Source of the DNA: Isurus oxyrinchus
Taxonomy: Eukaryota
Length of the DNA: 64,000 bases
Direction: 5' to 3'
Assembly: GCA_026770705.1 (NCBI GenBank)
Contig: JANJGN010000016.1
Coordinates: 87,668,001-87,732,000 of the forward strand
Within the stretch, counting starts at the first letter, position 1. The number at the start of each line of letters is the position of its first letter. Below the pieces are notes generated by a model. The model made no database searches. It was not told where the DNA came from and was given only the letters and a program-made list of their open reading frames with translations. The translations under genes were made by a program, and so were the position numbers. Below are positions 41,528 through 52,234 of the stretch, piece by piece.

Positions 41528-41670
41528 CTGTCCCAACAAACACTCCCAGGGCAGGTACAACATGGGGTTAGAAACAGAGTAAAGCTCCCTCTACACTGTC
41601 CCCATTAAACACTCCCAGGACAGGTACAGCACAGGGTTAGATACAGAGTAAAGATCCCTGTACACTGCAC
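41528..41670. repeat. Two copies of a ~69-bp repeat in the C 3' UTR
   Basis: CTGTCCC..AAACACTCCCAGG.CAGGTACA..GGGTTAGA.ACAGAGTAAAG occurs twice in tandem. Confidence 0.75.
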
Positions 41671-41827
41671 CAATAACGTGCCTTAACCCCTGACCCTCAG
41701 AAGTGTCTCAGAGCTGGTCCTGAGAAGGAAGAGAGTTGTAATTTGGTGCTGACAATGACCTTTGCCCTCCCAGCTCACCCCTGTTCTATTTAAAGTTGTA
41801 TCTCCTCTGTGGACTGTCTCTAACACT

Positions 41828-42156
41828 CTACGCACATTCTGATCTCCTGATGCTCTTGCTGAGGGGAGAGGAGAGGCTCTCGTGGGTGACGACACAGGAG
41901 AAGCTGGCGTTGGACTCCCAGCCGGAGCCAGAGAGGGTCAGCAGGCTGCTGACGCTGTAGGTGCTGTCCGAAGCTCGCAGGTAGTTGCTGGTCTGAACCC
42001 CGTCCGAAATGGCTGCACCGTCCTTCTTCCACTCCACCTTCACCTCATCGGGATAGAAGTGATTGGCAAGGCACACCAGGGTGGCAGTGCCCTTGGTCTT
42101 GACCTCCTCTGGGGAGGGGGGCAGCAGGGTCAGTGTGGGTGGTGACTTCTCTCTGC
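41828..42156 (-). CDS. IGKC: Immunoglobulin kappa-type light-chain constant exon
   Basis: Acceptor CTTCCCTTTCAG|GC, phase 1, matches the J donor. Translation (S)REKSPPTLTLLPPSPEEVKTKGTATLVCLANHFYPDEVKVEWKKDG..FSCVVTHESLSSPLSKSIRRSECA*. C1-set Cys/Trp/Cys and CxVxH present, plus the penultimate Cys for the H-L bond. Confidence 0.95.
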
Positions 42157-42339
42157 CTGAAAGGGAAGAGAAGGAAGTTTAATCACTGTCATTATAATGT
42201 ATTTCAACTTCCCGAATATTAACTGGGATCAAATCTGTGTAAATGTTTAGATGATGTAAAATTCTTATAATCCATCCAGGTGAATTCTTTTAGCCCGAAT
42301 GTAACAAACCCAACAGAGAAGGGGCAGTTTTAGACAATT

Positions 42340-42580
42340 TCAGGGAATGAATCTGGGGAGGTAGAAGGTGTATCAGTGGGAGAGTATTTGGCTAATAGTG
42401 CTCATAATTCAGTTAGATTTAGAGCAGTTATGGAAAAGGATAAAGATAGACCAAGTGTAAAAGTTATAAATTAGGGAAAGGCCAATTTATCTAAGCTGCG
42501 ATTTGCCGAAATGGACAGGAAACAGCAACATGAAGGAAAATCAGTGTCAAAGCAGTGGGAGGTTTTCATGGAGAATTGTG
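42340..42580 (+). mobile_element. CR1 ORF2 fragment (endonuclease-RT linker) in the J-C intron
   Basis: Degenerate EGVSVGEYLANSAHNSVRF..KVIN*GKAN. Confidence 0.55.
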
Positions 42581-42689
42581 AAATATTGGATGGGATAAAA
42601 ATAGTGCGGAATTCTCCCAGATTTGCGCAAAATGCAACGGCGGGTGGGAGAAAGATCGTTTTACATCCCCTGTGCCCTTGCCACTCTCA

Positions 42690-43200
42690 GTCTTTCCTCC
42701 AAGCAGTGTTCAACATGGAGGGGCAATGATTCTTCAACTGAGGGAGGGGGTACGTGGTAATCAGGAGGAGGTTTCCTTCCCTGTGTTTGACCTGATGCCA
42801 TGAGACTTCATGGGGTCCGGAGTCAATTTTGAGGACTCCCAGAGCAACTCCCCACTGACTGTATGCCACTGTGTTGCCACCTGTGCTGGGTCTGACCTGC
42901 TGGTGGGACAGGACATACCCGGGGATGGTGATGGTGGAGTCTGGGTCATTATCTGTAAAGTATGATTCTGTGAAGATGACTCTGTCAGGCTGTTGTTTGA
43001 CGGGTCTGTGAGACAGTTCTCCCACGTTTGGCACTAGCCTCCAGATGTTAGTAAGAGGGACTTTGCAGGGTCAACGGGGCTGAGATTGCCGTTGTTGTTT
43101 CCGGTGCCTAGGTAGATACCGGGTGGTCAGTCCAGTTTCATTCCTTTTTTGTGACTTTGTAGAAGTTTCTTACAACTGAATGGCGGCTGGGCCACTTCAG
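42690..43200 (-). mobile_element. Non-LTR retrotransposon APE endonuclease fragment
   Basis: ORF 42687-43034: ELSHRPVKQQPDRVIFTESY..IPGY..GG..LLITTYP. Confidence 0.75.
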
Positions 43201-43234
43201 AGGGCAGTTAAGAGGCAACACATTGCTGTGTGGC

Positions 43235-44220
43235 ACACAGCAACACCTGGAAAATTGCCCAGGTATGTCCTGTACACAAAAAGCAGGACAAATCCAACCT
43301 GGCCAATTACCGCCCCATCAGTCTACTCTCCATCATCAGTAAGTGATGTAAGGGGTCATCAACTGTGCTATCAGGTGGCACTTGCTCAGCAATAACCAGC
43401 TCACTAACGCCCAGTTTGGGTTCTGCCAGGGCCACTCAGCTCCTGACCTCATTACAGCCTCAGTTCAGACATGGACAGTGGAGCTGAACTCCCGAGGTGA
43501 GGAGAGAGTGACTGTCGTAGACATCAAGGCTGCATTTGACTGAGTGTGGTGTCAAGGACCCGAGCAAAACTGGAGTCAGAGGGAATCGGGGGAAAACTCT
43601 TTGTGGGTTGGAGTCATACCTAGCAGAAAGGAAGATGGTTGTGGTTGTTGGAGGTCAGTCATCTCAGCTCCAGGACATCACTGCAGGAGTTCCTCAGGGT
43701 AGTGTCCTCAGCCCAACCATCTACAGCTGTTTCATCAATGACCTTCCTTCCATCATAAGGTCAGAAGTCAGTGTTTTCGCTGAAGATTGCATAATGTTCA
43801 GCACCTCAGATACTGGAGCAGTCCCTGTACAAATGCAGCAAGACCTGGACAATATCCAGGCTTGGGCTGACAAGTATCAAGTAACATACATGCCACACAA
43901 GTGCCAGGCAATGACCATTTCCAACAAGAGGGAACCCAACCATCGCCCCTTGATGTTCAATGGCATTACCATCACTGAATCCTCCACTATCAATGTCCTG
44001 GGGGTTACCATTGAGCAGAAACTGAAGTGGACTAGCCATATAAATACTGTGGCTACAAGAGCAGGTCAGAGGCTAGGAATCATGTGACAAGTAACTCACC
44101 TCCTGACTCTCCAAAGCCTGTCCACCATCTACAAAGCACAAGTCAGGAATGTGTTGGAGTACTCTCCACTTGCCTGGATGAGTGCATCTCCAACAACACT
44201 GAAGAAGCTGGACACTGTAT
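43235..44220 (+). mobile_element. Non-LTR retrotransposon RT fragment
   Basis: WKIAQVCPVHKK..NYRPISLL, QFGF, DIKAAFD, GVPQGSVLSP, CFINDLP, FAED. Confidence 0.85.
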
Positions 44221-44499
44221 TTAAACTGCAGCCGTGCGCACACTTCTCAATGCTTGCAGCCCGGGGCTGCTCCGGTGAAGACTTGGCCCCAAAAACCAAG
44301 CAGAGTGCAGCCCCCGATTCAGTGACACATTCCTGGGATGCCTTCTGGACACTGTGGAGGCCCATCCTGATGTCCTCTAACCCCGCTCTGGCCACAGGAG
44401 GGCCATTAGTTTCAGATTTTTGGCTGTCTCACCATATTATTCCCACTGCTCACCATGACACCTGACACCAATGGGGCCGGAAAATTCTGGCCAAAGTGA

Positions 44500-44805
44500 G
44501 AGAGGAAATATTAATTGTTGGAAAATATTCTGAGGGAAATTTTAAACATCTTTGAGAAAGATACGACCAAGGACAGTCAACATGGACTTGTTAAGGGAAG
44601 GCCGTGTCTGACTAAGTTGCTTGAATTTTTTGAGGAGGTAACAAGGAGGGTTGATGAGGGGACCGAGTTTGATGTGGTCTATTTGGATTTTAGCAAGACT
44701 TCTGACAAGGTTCCACATGACAGACTGGTCAGAAAATTAAAAATTCATGGGATCCCAGGGAAAGGGGCAAGTTGTGTTTCAAATTGGTTGAGTGGCAGGA
44801 GGTAA
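44500..44805 (+). mobile_element. CR1 RT fragment
   Basis: SQHGLVKGRPCLTKLLEFFEEVT..DVVYLDFSKTSDKVPH. Confidence 0.8.
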
Positions 44806-45094
44806 ATGTTTGATGTTAAGCTGGTTAAATCATATTGGGCTGTTACTTAGACATTTGTAAAGAGGGTTACCACAAATTCAGCACTGAAATGGTTAATAGT
44901 AAGAGTGTTTAAAGACTCAGTGTCCCTCTAAGACACTGTTAAGCTGTCAGGAAGCTCTGACTATTGATCAGCCTGTCCGGGGGAAACAGGTTCACATTAA
45001 CAATCCTCAGATCACACACACATCGAGAGAACTTTATCCCAGAATGTTGGAGCACACTTGGATCAACCCACTTCAGAAAGGATTCAGATTGGGT

Positions 45095-46575
45095 GTCATA
45101 GAATAAAATGATAGAAAGTTTCTGGCACAGAAAGAGACCACTCGGCCCATCACGTCTGTGCCACTGAAATACGAGCCGTCCGGCCGAATCCCACTTTCCA
45201 GCATTTGGTCTGTCGTCCTCCAGGTTAAGGCTCTTGAGGTTCGTATCCAGACACCTTTTAAATGGGTTGATGGTTCCTGCCTCTGTGACCCTTTCAGGCC
45301 GTGAGTTCCAGAGCCTCATCTCCCATCTAAACTTTCTCCCAGTCACTATAAATTTAACTAATGATTTATCCAGTTCCAGCATAACCTCCTTGCTCTATAC
45401 CTCGGCTAATGATTGAAAGGATTCCATGTTCCTTCTTAACCACCTTATCGACCTGTTCTGCTACCTTCAGGAGTCTGGACATTCACCCCAAGGTCCCTCA
45501 CTTCCTCTACACCTCTCAGTATCTTCCCATTTATTGTTTATTCCTTTGCTTTGTTTGACCTCCTCAGATGCATCACCTCACACTTCTCTGGGGAGAATTC
45601 CATTTGCCACTTTTCTGTCCACCTGACCAGTCCATTGATATCTTCCTGCAGCCTACAACAATCCTCCTTGTTATCTACCATGCAGCCAATTTTTGTGTCG
45701 CCTGTAAACTCCTTGATCAATCCCCTACATTTATGTCCAAATCGTTAATATACACATAAAAAGCAGGGGACCTAGGCCTGAGCCCTGCAGAAACACACTG
45801 GAAACAGCCTTCCAGTCACAAAAACACCATCAATAATTACCCTTTGTTCCCAGCCACTGAGCTAATTTTGTATCCAACGGGCCCCATTCCCATGGACCCC
45901 ATTGGCTTTTATTTTATTAACCAGTCTGCCATGTGGAACCTTCTCAAAAACCTTGCTAAATTCCATGTAGATAACATCAACTACACTACCCTCATCAATC
46001 CTCCTTGTTACTTCCTCAAAAAAGATCAACAGATTAGTCAGACATGACCTTCCCTTATCAAATCCATGCTGACTGTCCTGGATTAATCTGTGCCTTTCTA
46101 AGTGATAGTTTATCCTGCCCATCAGAATTGATTCCAATTATTTGACCACCAACGAGGACACAATGACTGGCCTGTAATTATTTGGCTTAAACAAAGGTGC
46201 AACATTATCAGACCTCCAATCCTCCGGCACCTCACCTGTATCTAGTGAGGATTGGAAAATAAGGGTCAGACCCTTCGCAATTTCCTCCCTGGTTTCTGAT
46301 AACAGCCTGGGGCACATTTCACTCTCAAGGATGCTAATCCCCCTCCTACTTCCTCTCTCCCTATGTTTATCACATCCAATATTTCACACTCCTCCTCCAT
46401 AACAACAATGTCTAATTGTTCCCTTTCTTTTGTGAAGACAGACGCAAAGTATTCATTCAGAACCATACCCACATCCTCCCCCTCCTCACATAGGTTACCT
46501 TTTTGGTCTTTTATGGGCCCTACTCGCCCTTAGTTATCCTCTTACTCTAAATGTATTGAGAAAACAGCTTTGGGT
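45095..46575 (-). mobile_element. CR1 LINE, internally deleted ORF2 and 3' UTR
   Basis: LNEYFASVFTKE; QHGFDKGRSCLTNL; FTGDTKIG..WQMEF; LWNSRPERV. Confidence 0.85.
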
Positions 46576-46734
46576 GTAGAAGGTTCTAGATTTCATTTCA
46601 AACCTTGCCGGCCAGCACTGGGGTGACGTTAATGGTGAGGCTTCAGTTAGTCTCAGAGTCTGGGGGTCAGACAGGGTCAGTGCGAGGTCAATGGCACCTC
46701 ACAGGGTCAGCATCAGGAATCTCCAACTTCAAAG

Positions 46735-47132
46735 AAAGGCTTGCATTTCAATGGCACCTATAACCACCTTAGGATGTCCCAGATTGTTCCACAGCCAACT
46801 GTGCACAGCAAGATCCCAGATAGCGGATTCACAATGACCAGATAATCAGATGTGTAGTGATGCAGATTGAGGGATAAATATTGTCCAGGAAATCCGGGGG
46901 AACTCTCCTGCTCTTCTTCTCACAGCGCCGTGGGATATTTGACATCCCCCTGAGAGGGCAGACCTCAGTTTGTCTCAGCTGAAAGACGGCTCCTCTGATA
47001 GTGCTGCCCTCCCTCAATACTGCACTGGAGTCTCAGCCTGGATTATGTGCTCAAGTCTCTGGAATGGGATTTGAACCCACAACATTGTGACTCTGAGGGG
47101 AGAGTGCTACCCATTGAGGCACGGCTGACACC
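46735..47132 (-). mobile_element. tRNA-derived SINE (SacSINE1/Deu-like)
   Basis: Minus strand starts TCAGCCGTGCCTCAATGGGTAGCAC (A box-like), then GGGTTCAAATCCC (B box). Family name is from recall, not from a search. Confidence 0.65.
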
Positions 47133-47838
47133 TCATGGTCCAATAGCCTGTCATGTTCACCCTCCCGCCTCACACTTGGAGGAATGAGCCCACTTGGGGA
47201 GGGTGGAGCTGTTCCCCAGTCAGAGACAGTGTCTTCAGGAGAGAGATGGAGAGCAGATTCCGGGAGGCCTGGAGTCTAGAGGGTGACATTTAAACATTCG
47301 GGGGAAACGGAGAGTCTCCCCAATACCCTGGAACACTGAAGCCACTGGATTGTGGGCCCTGCTCTACCTGTTTGTCATCAGAAATTTGCCAAGAGATAAC
47401 CAGGGAGTGGAGAGAGCAGAGTTCAAGCTGGGGGAGGTGGGACCTCGGTGTCTCACTGTGCTGGTGCTGTGATCAGTTATATCAGAGACTGTGAGAGGGA
47501 GCCGGAGCTCATATCAAACTCTGCCCGTGTCTGTCACACTGAGACTGACAGGAGTCTAGTGAGTGATTTCAGTCCATGGTGCAGCAATGTCAGCACAGTC
47601 TGCAAACGTCCAGATCTCCTCTAGACGGTGGGTAAAAGTTGGTTATTTCTATCTTGCTGCTTAAAGGGGGGAATGTAATGAAAGAAATACAGCTGGGCAC
47701 CCTATTATACACAGTGTTGTTCACTGAACCATTTCATTCACTGCAGTTCCTCACTAACACCTTCAACTATTCAGCATTAGTGTTTGAGAAAGTTTCAGTA
47801 TTGAAAAGGTTAATAAGGGAGGATTGGGGTTTACTTAC

Positions 47839-47873
47839 TCAGTCTGAGTTTGGTTCCTTTACCGAACGTAACC
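47839..47873 (-). CDS. IGKJ: Ig kappa-type J segment
   Basis: G GTT ACG TTC GGT AAA GGA ACC AAA CTC AGA CTG A|GTAAGT = VTFGKGTKLRL(S); FGxG motif, consensus donor, adjacent 23-RSS. Confidence 0.95.
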
Positions 47874-47912
47874 CACACTGAGAGCTTCCAGTGCAGGGGC
47901 TGTACAAAAACC
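47874..47912 (+). other. 23-bp-spacer recombination signal sequence of J
   Basis: CACACTG (47874-47880, one mismatch to CACAGTG), 23-bp spacer, ACAAAAACC (47904-47912). Confidence 0.95.
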
Positions 47913-47929
47913 TCAGCTCTCTGCTTCAC

Positions 47930-48300
47930 TCAGTCACTCTCACCCTCTCTCTGTCTCTCACTCACACTCACCTTTAACTCACTCTCACCCTCTCTCTGTC
48001 TCTCACTCACACTCACCTTTAACTCACTCTCACCCTCTCTCTGTCTCTCACTCACACTCACCTTTAACTCACTCTCACCCTCTCTCTGTCTCTCACTCAC
48101 ACTCACCTTTAACTCACTCACACCCTCTCTCTGTCTCTCACTCACACTCACCTTTAACTCACTCTCACCCTCTCTCTGTCTCTCACTCACACTCACCTTT
48201 AACTCACTCTCACCCTCTCTCTGTCTCTCACTCACACTCACCGTTAACTCACTCACACCCTCTCTCTGTCTCTCACTCACACTCACCTTTAACTCTCACT
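47930..48300. repeat. 45-bp CT/CA-rich minisatellite, ~8 copies, V-J interval
   Basis: Unit ACTCACTCTCACCCTCTCTCTGTCTCTCACTCACACTCACCTTTA. Confidence 0.92.
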
Positions 48301-48426
48301 CTTTTCCTCTCTCTTCCTTTCAATGTCTTTTTTTTTGTTCCAAGAGTTGAGAATCCCGATTTTATTTGATAAATCTTTCAGCTGCTCTTCATATGTGGAC
48401 ATGGAGGGTAAGAGGTAAAGTGACCG

Positions 48427-49158
48427 TTATTATATATTATATATAACTGTGGGATGTGTCAGTACAGGAGGTGGGACTGTGTGTCCATTATTATATATTC
48501 TATATAACTGTGGGATGTGTCAGTACAGGAGGTGGGACTGTGTGTCCACTATTATATATTCTATATAACTGTGGGATGTGTCAGTACAGGAGGTGGGACT
48601 GTGTGTCCATTTTTATATATTCTATATAACTGTGGGATGTGTCAGTACAGGTGGTAGGACTGTGTGTCCATTATTATATATTCTATATAACTGTGGGATG
48701 TGTCAGTACAGGAGGTGGGACTGTGTGTCCATTATTATATATTCTATATAACCGTGGGATGTGTCAGTACAGGAGGTGGGACTGTGTGTCCATTATTATA
48801 TATTCTATATAACTGTGGGATGTGTCAGTACAGGAGGTGGGACTGTGTGTCCATTATTATATATTCTATATAACCGTGGGATGTGTCAGTACAGGAGGTG
48901 GTGCTGTGTGTCCATTATTATATATTCTATATAACCGTGGGATGTGTCAGTACAGGAGGTGGGACTGTGTGTCCATTATTATATATTCTATATAACCGTG
49001 GGATGTGTCAGTACAGGAGGTGGGACTGTGTGTCCATTTTTATATATTCTATATAACTGTGGGATGTGTCAGTACAGGAGGTGGGACTGTGTGTCCATCA
49101 TTATTATATATTCTATATAACTGTGGGATGTGTCAGTACAGGAGGTGGTGCTGTGTGT
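48427..49158. repeat. 61-bp minisatellite, ~12 copies, V-J interval
   Basis: Unit TATATAACTGTGGGATGTGTCAGTACAGGAGGTGGGACTGTGTGTCCATTATTATATATTC (starts at 48501 and 48562). Confidence 0.93.
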
Positions 49159-49163
49159 ATTGA

Positions 49164-49191
49164 GGTTTTTGTCAGGCTCTGTATCACTGTG
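49164..49191 (-). other. 12-bp-spacer recombination signal sequence of V (perfect consensus)
   Basis: Minus strand CACAGTG (49191-49185), 12-bp spacer, ACAAAAACC (49172-49164). V-12/J-23 is the kappa arrangement. Confidence 0.97.
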
Positions 49192-49489
49192 TACTGGTAG
49201 CTGTAACCATACTGACAGTAATAATCAGCGACATCCTCATTCTGTACATTGCTGATTGTCAGGGTGTATTGAGTGCCAGATCCACTGCCGGTGAATCGCT
49301 CGGATGTTCCTGTGAATCGAGTTGTTGCCGAATAGATCAGGAGAGTGGGTTTCTGTCCTTCTCGCTGCTGGTACCAACTCACATAGCTGCTGCTAACAGA
49401 CTGACTGGCCGTACAGGTGATGGTGGCGGTCTGGCCCAGGCTCACTGACACCAGGGGAGGCTGTTTCATGGTGATGTCCCCACTGATAC
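49192..49489 (-). CDS. IGKV: Ig kappa-type V exon, germline unrearranged (resembles shark kappa/NS4 type)
   Basis: Acceptor CCCCTCAG|GT; (G)[98 protein letters not shown]; open frame with Cys, WYQQ and YYC. Confidence 0.96.
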
Positions 49490-49675
49490 CTGAGGGGTAA
49501 TAGAGAAACAGAGTGAAGTAAGAACTGTCACACAAAGAGCCTGTAAAATGAGATATTGTTAGAGACAGTGACCGTTCCTCTGCTTTCAGCATTTTCCCTT
49601 CAATCACAAGTCAGTCGAATTGGCTGGAAATGGAGAGCAGGAAAATATTCACGGTGGAAGGAGAGAGATTTGTAC

Positions 49676-49724
49676 CTGCGATGCAGAATGCCAGAGGCCA
49701 GATCAGCTGGATGGCTGAAATCAT
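49676..49724 (-). CDS. IGKV: Leader (signal peptide) exon of the Ig kappa-type gene
   Basis: ACC ATG ATT TCA..: MISAIQLIWPLAFCIA G|GTACAA; phase-1 donor, 186-bp intron, in frame with V. Confidence 0.9.
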
Positions 49725-49784
49725 GGTGTCTGCTCCTGTCCCTGTGCCTGGTCACTGATAAACTCTCCCTTCACTGGGCTCAGC

Positions 49785-49881
49785 TTTATACAGCTGCAGC
49801 CTGTCAGAGTCTCACTGGCTGTTCCTCAGTATGTAAATGGTATCACCCAGAGAGAACCACGTCAGCACCTTTCACTTCCTC
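49785..49881 (-). promoter_or_regulatory. V promoter: TATA box, E-box, variant octamer, ETS-IRF composite element
   Basis: Minus strand TATAAA 49790-49785, CAGCTG 49791-49796, ATTTACAT 49838-49831, GAGGAAGTGAAA 49881-49870. Confidence 0.75.
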
Positions 49882-49889
49882 TCCATCTT

Positions 49890-52234
49890 TCTCTCTCTAT
49901 TTGTCTCTGTTTCGCAGTCTCCCCCCCCCTCTCTCTCTCTCTGTCTTTGTTCATCTTTCTCTTTCTCTCTTTACTTTTCTCTCTCTCCCTCTCTCATTAC
50001 CTGTCCGTCACTTTCTGTCTCTCTCTCTACCTCTCTCTGTCTCTGTCCGTCACTCTCTCTGTCTCTCTACCTCTCTCTGTCTAAGTCCGTCACTCTATCT
50101 GTCTCTCTACCTCTCTCTGTCTCTGTCTGTCACACTCTGTCTCTCTCTCTCTACCTCTCTGTCAGTCACTCTCTGTCTCTCTCTAGCTCTCTCTCTCTCG
50201 GTCCGTTACTCTCTGTCTCTCTCTCTACCTCTCTCTGTCTCTGTNNNNNNNNNNNNNNNNNNNNNNNNNNNNNNNNNNNNNNNNNNNNNNNNNNNNNNNN
50301 NNNNNNNNNNNNNNNNNNNNNNNNNNNNNNNNNNNNNNNNNNNNNNNNNNNNNNNNNNNNNNNNNNNNNNNNNTCTGTCTCTCCTTGCATCTCCCTGCCT
50401 TTGTCCAGCACTCTATGTCTCTCTCTGTGTCTCCCTGTCTCTGTCCATCACTCTCTGCCATCTCTGTCTCTCTCTGTCCATCACTCTCTGGTCTCTTCCT
50501 CTCTGACTCTCTCTTTCTCTGCCTTTGCCAGTCAGTCTCTGTCTCTCTCTATCTCTCTCATTCTCTGTCCACCACTCTCTGTCACTCCCTGCTTCTCTTA
50601 GTCTCTGTTCATCACTGTCTGTCTCTCATTCCCTACCTCTGTCTGTCTCTGCCGGTCACTCTATGTCTCTCACTCCGTACCTCTGTCTGTCTCTGTCCGT
50701 CACTCTCTGTCTCTCGCTCCCTACCTCTGTCTGTCTCTGTCCGTCACTCTGTCTCTCATTCCCTACCTCTGTCTGTCTCTGTCCGTCACTCTGTCTCTCA
50801 TTCCCTACCTCTGTCTGTCTCTGTCCGTCACTCTGTCTCTCATTCCCTACATCTGTCTGTCTCTGTCCGTCACTCTCAGTATCTCAATGCCTACCTCTGT
50901 CTGTATCTGTCCGTCACTCTCTGTCTCTCTCTCCCTACCTCTGTCAGTCTCTGTCCGTCACTCTCTGTCTCTCTCTCCCTACCTCTGTCTGTATCTGTCC
51001 GTCACTCTCTGTCTCTCTCTCCCTACCTCTGTCTGTCTCTGTCCGTCACTCTCTGTCTCTCACTCCCTACCTCTGTCTGTCTCTGTCCGTCACTCTCTGT
51101 CTCTCTCTCCCTACCTCTGTCTGTCTCTGTCCGTCACTCTCTGTCTCTCTCTCCCTACCTCTGTCTGTCTCTGTCCGTCACTCTCTGTCTCTCTCTCCCT
51201 ACCTCTGTCTGTCTCTGTCCGTCACTCTCTGTCTCTCTCTCCTTACCTCTGTCTGTCTCTGTCCGTCACTCTCTGTCTCTCACTCCCTACCTTTGTCTGT
51301 CTCTGTCCGTCACTCTCTGTCTCTCTCCCTACCTCTGTCTGTCTCTGTCCGTCACTCTCTCTCTCTCCCTACCTCTGTCTGTCTCTGTCCGTCACTCTCT
51401 GTCTCTCTCTCCCTACCTCTGTCTGTCTCTGTCCGTCACTCTCTGTCTCTCTCTCCCTACCTCTGTCTGTCTCTGTCCGTCACTCTCTGTCTCTCTCTCC
51501 CTACCTCTGTCTGTCTCTGTCCGTCACTCTCTGTCTCTCTCTCCCTACCTCTGTCTGTCTCTGTCCGTCACTCTCTGTCTCTCTCTCCTTACCTCTGTCT
51601 GTCTCTGTCCGTCACTCTCTGTCTCTCTCTCCCTACCTCTGTCTGTCTCTGTCCATCAATCTCTGTCTCTCACTCCCTACCTCTGTCTGTCTCTGTCCAT
51701 CAATCTCTGTCTCTCTCTCCCTACCTCTGTCTGTCTCTGTCCGTCACTCTCTGTCTCTCACTCCCTACCTCTGTCTGTCTCTGTCCGTCACTCTCTGTCT
51801 CTCTCTCCCTACCTCTGTCTGTCTCTGTCCGTCACTCTGTCTCTCACTCCCTAACTCTGTCTGTCTCTGTCCATCAATCTCTGTCTCTCTCTCCCTACCT
51901 CTGTCTGTCTCTGTCCGTCACTCTCTGTCTCTCTCTCCCTACCTCTGTCTGTCTCTGTCCATCAATCTCTGTCTCTCACTCCCTACNNNNNNNNNNNNNN
52001 NNNNNNNNNNNNNNNNNNNNNNNNNNNNNNNNNNNNNNNNNNNNNNNNNNNNNNNNNNNNNNNNNNNNNNNNNNNNNNNNNNNNNNNNNNNNNNNNNNNN
52101 NNNNNNNNNNNNNNNNNNNNNNNNNNNNNNNNNNNNNNNNNNNNNNNNATCACCCAAAACCCCAACTCTATCTCTGTATTTCTGTTGTTCTCCCTCTCTG
52201 CTTTTTCACGGTCTTGTATCGTTTTCTCTCTCTC
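49890..52234. repeat. CT-rich simple repeat grading into a ~44-bp minisatellite, with assembly gaps
   Basis: Unit CCCTACCTCTGTCTGTCTCTGTCCGTCACTCTCTGTCTCTCTCT; N runs at 50245-50373, 51987-52148 and 52235-52401. Confidence 0.9.

Noticed and set aside
47454-47460. Isolated CACAGTG in the J-C intron as an analogue of the mammalian intronic RS used with the kappa-deleting element
   Set aside because: No nonamer; the same 7-mer also occurs at 42867 and 44350 within repeat-derived DNA, and I saw no partner 23-RSS downstream of C.
49113-49607. 164-aa ORF as a single-exon gene
   Set aside because: It reads through intron and RSS; the real structure is leader 49724-49676 spliced to V 49489-49192.
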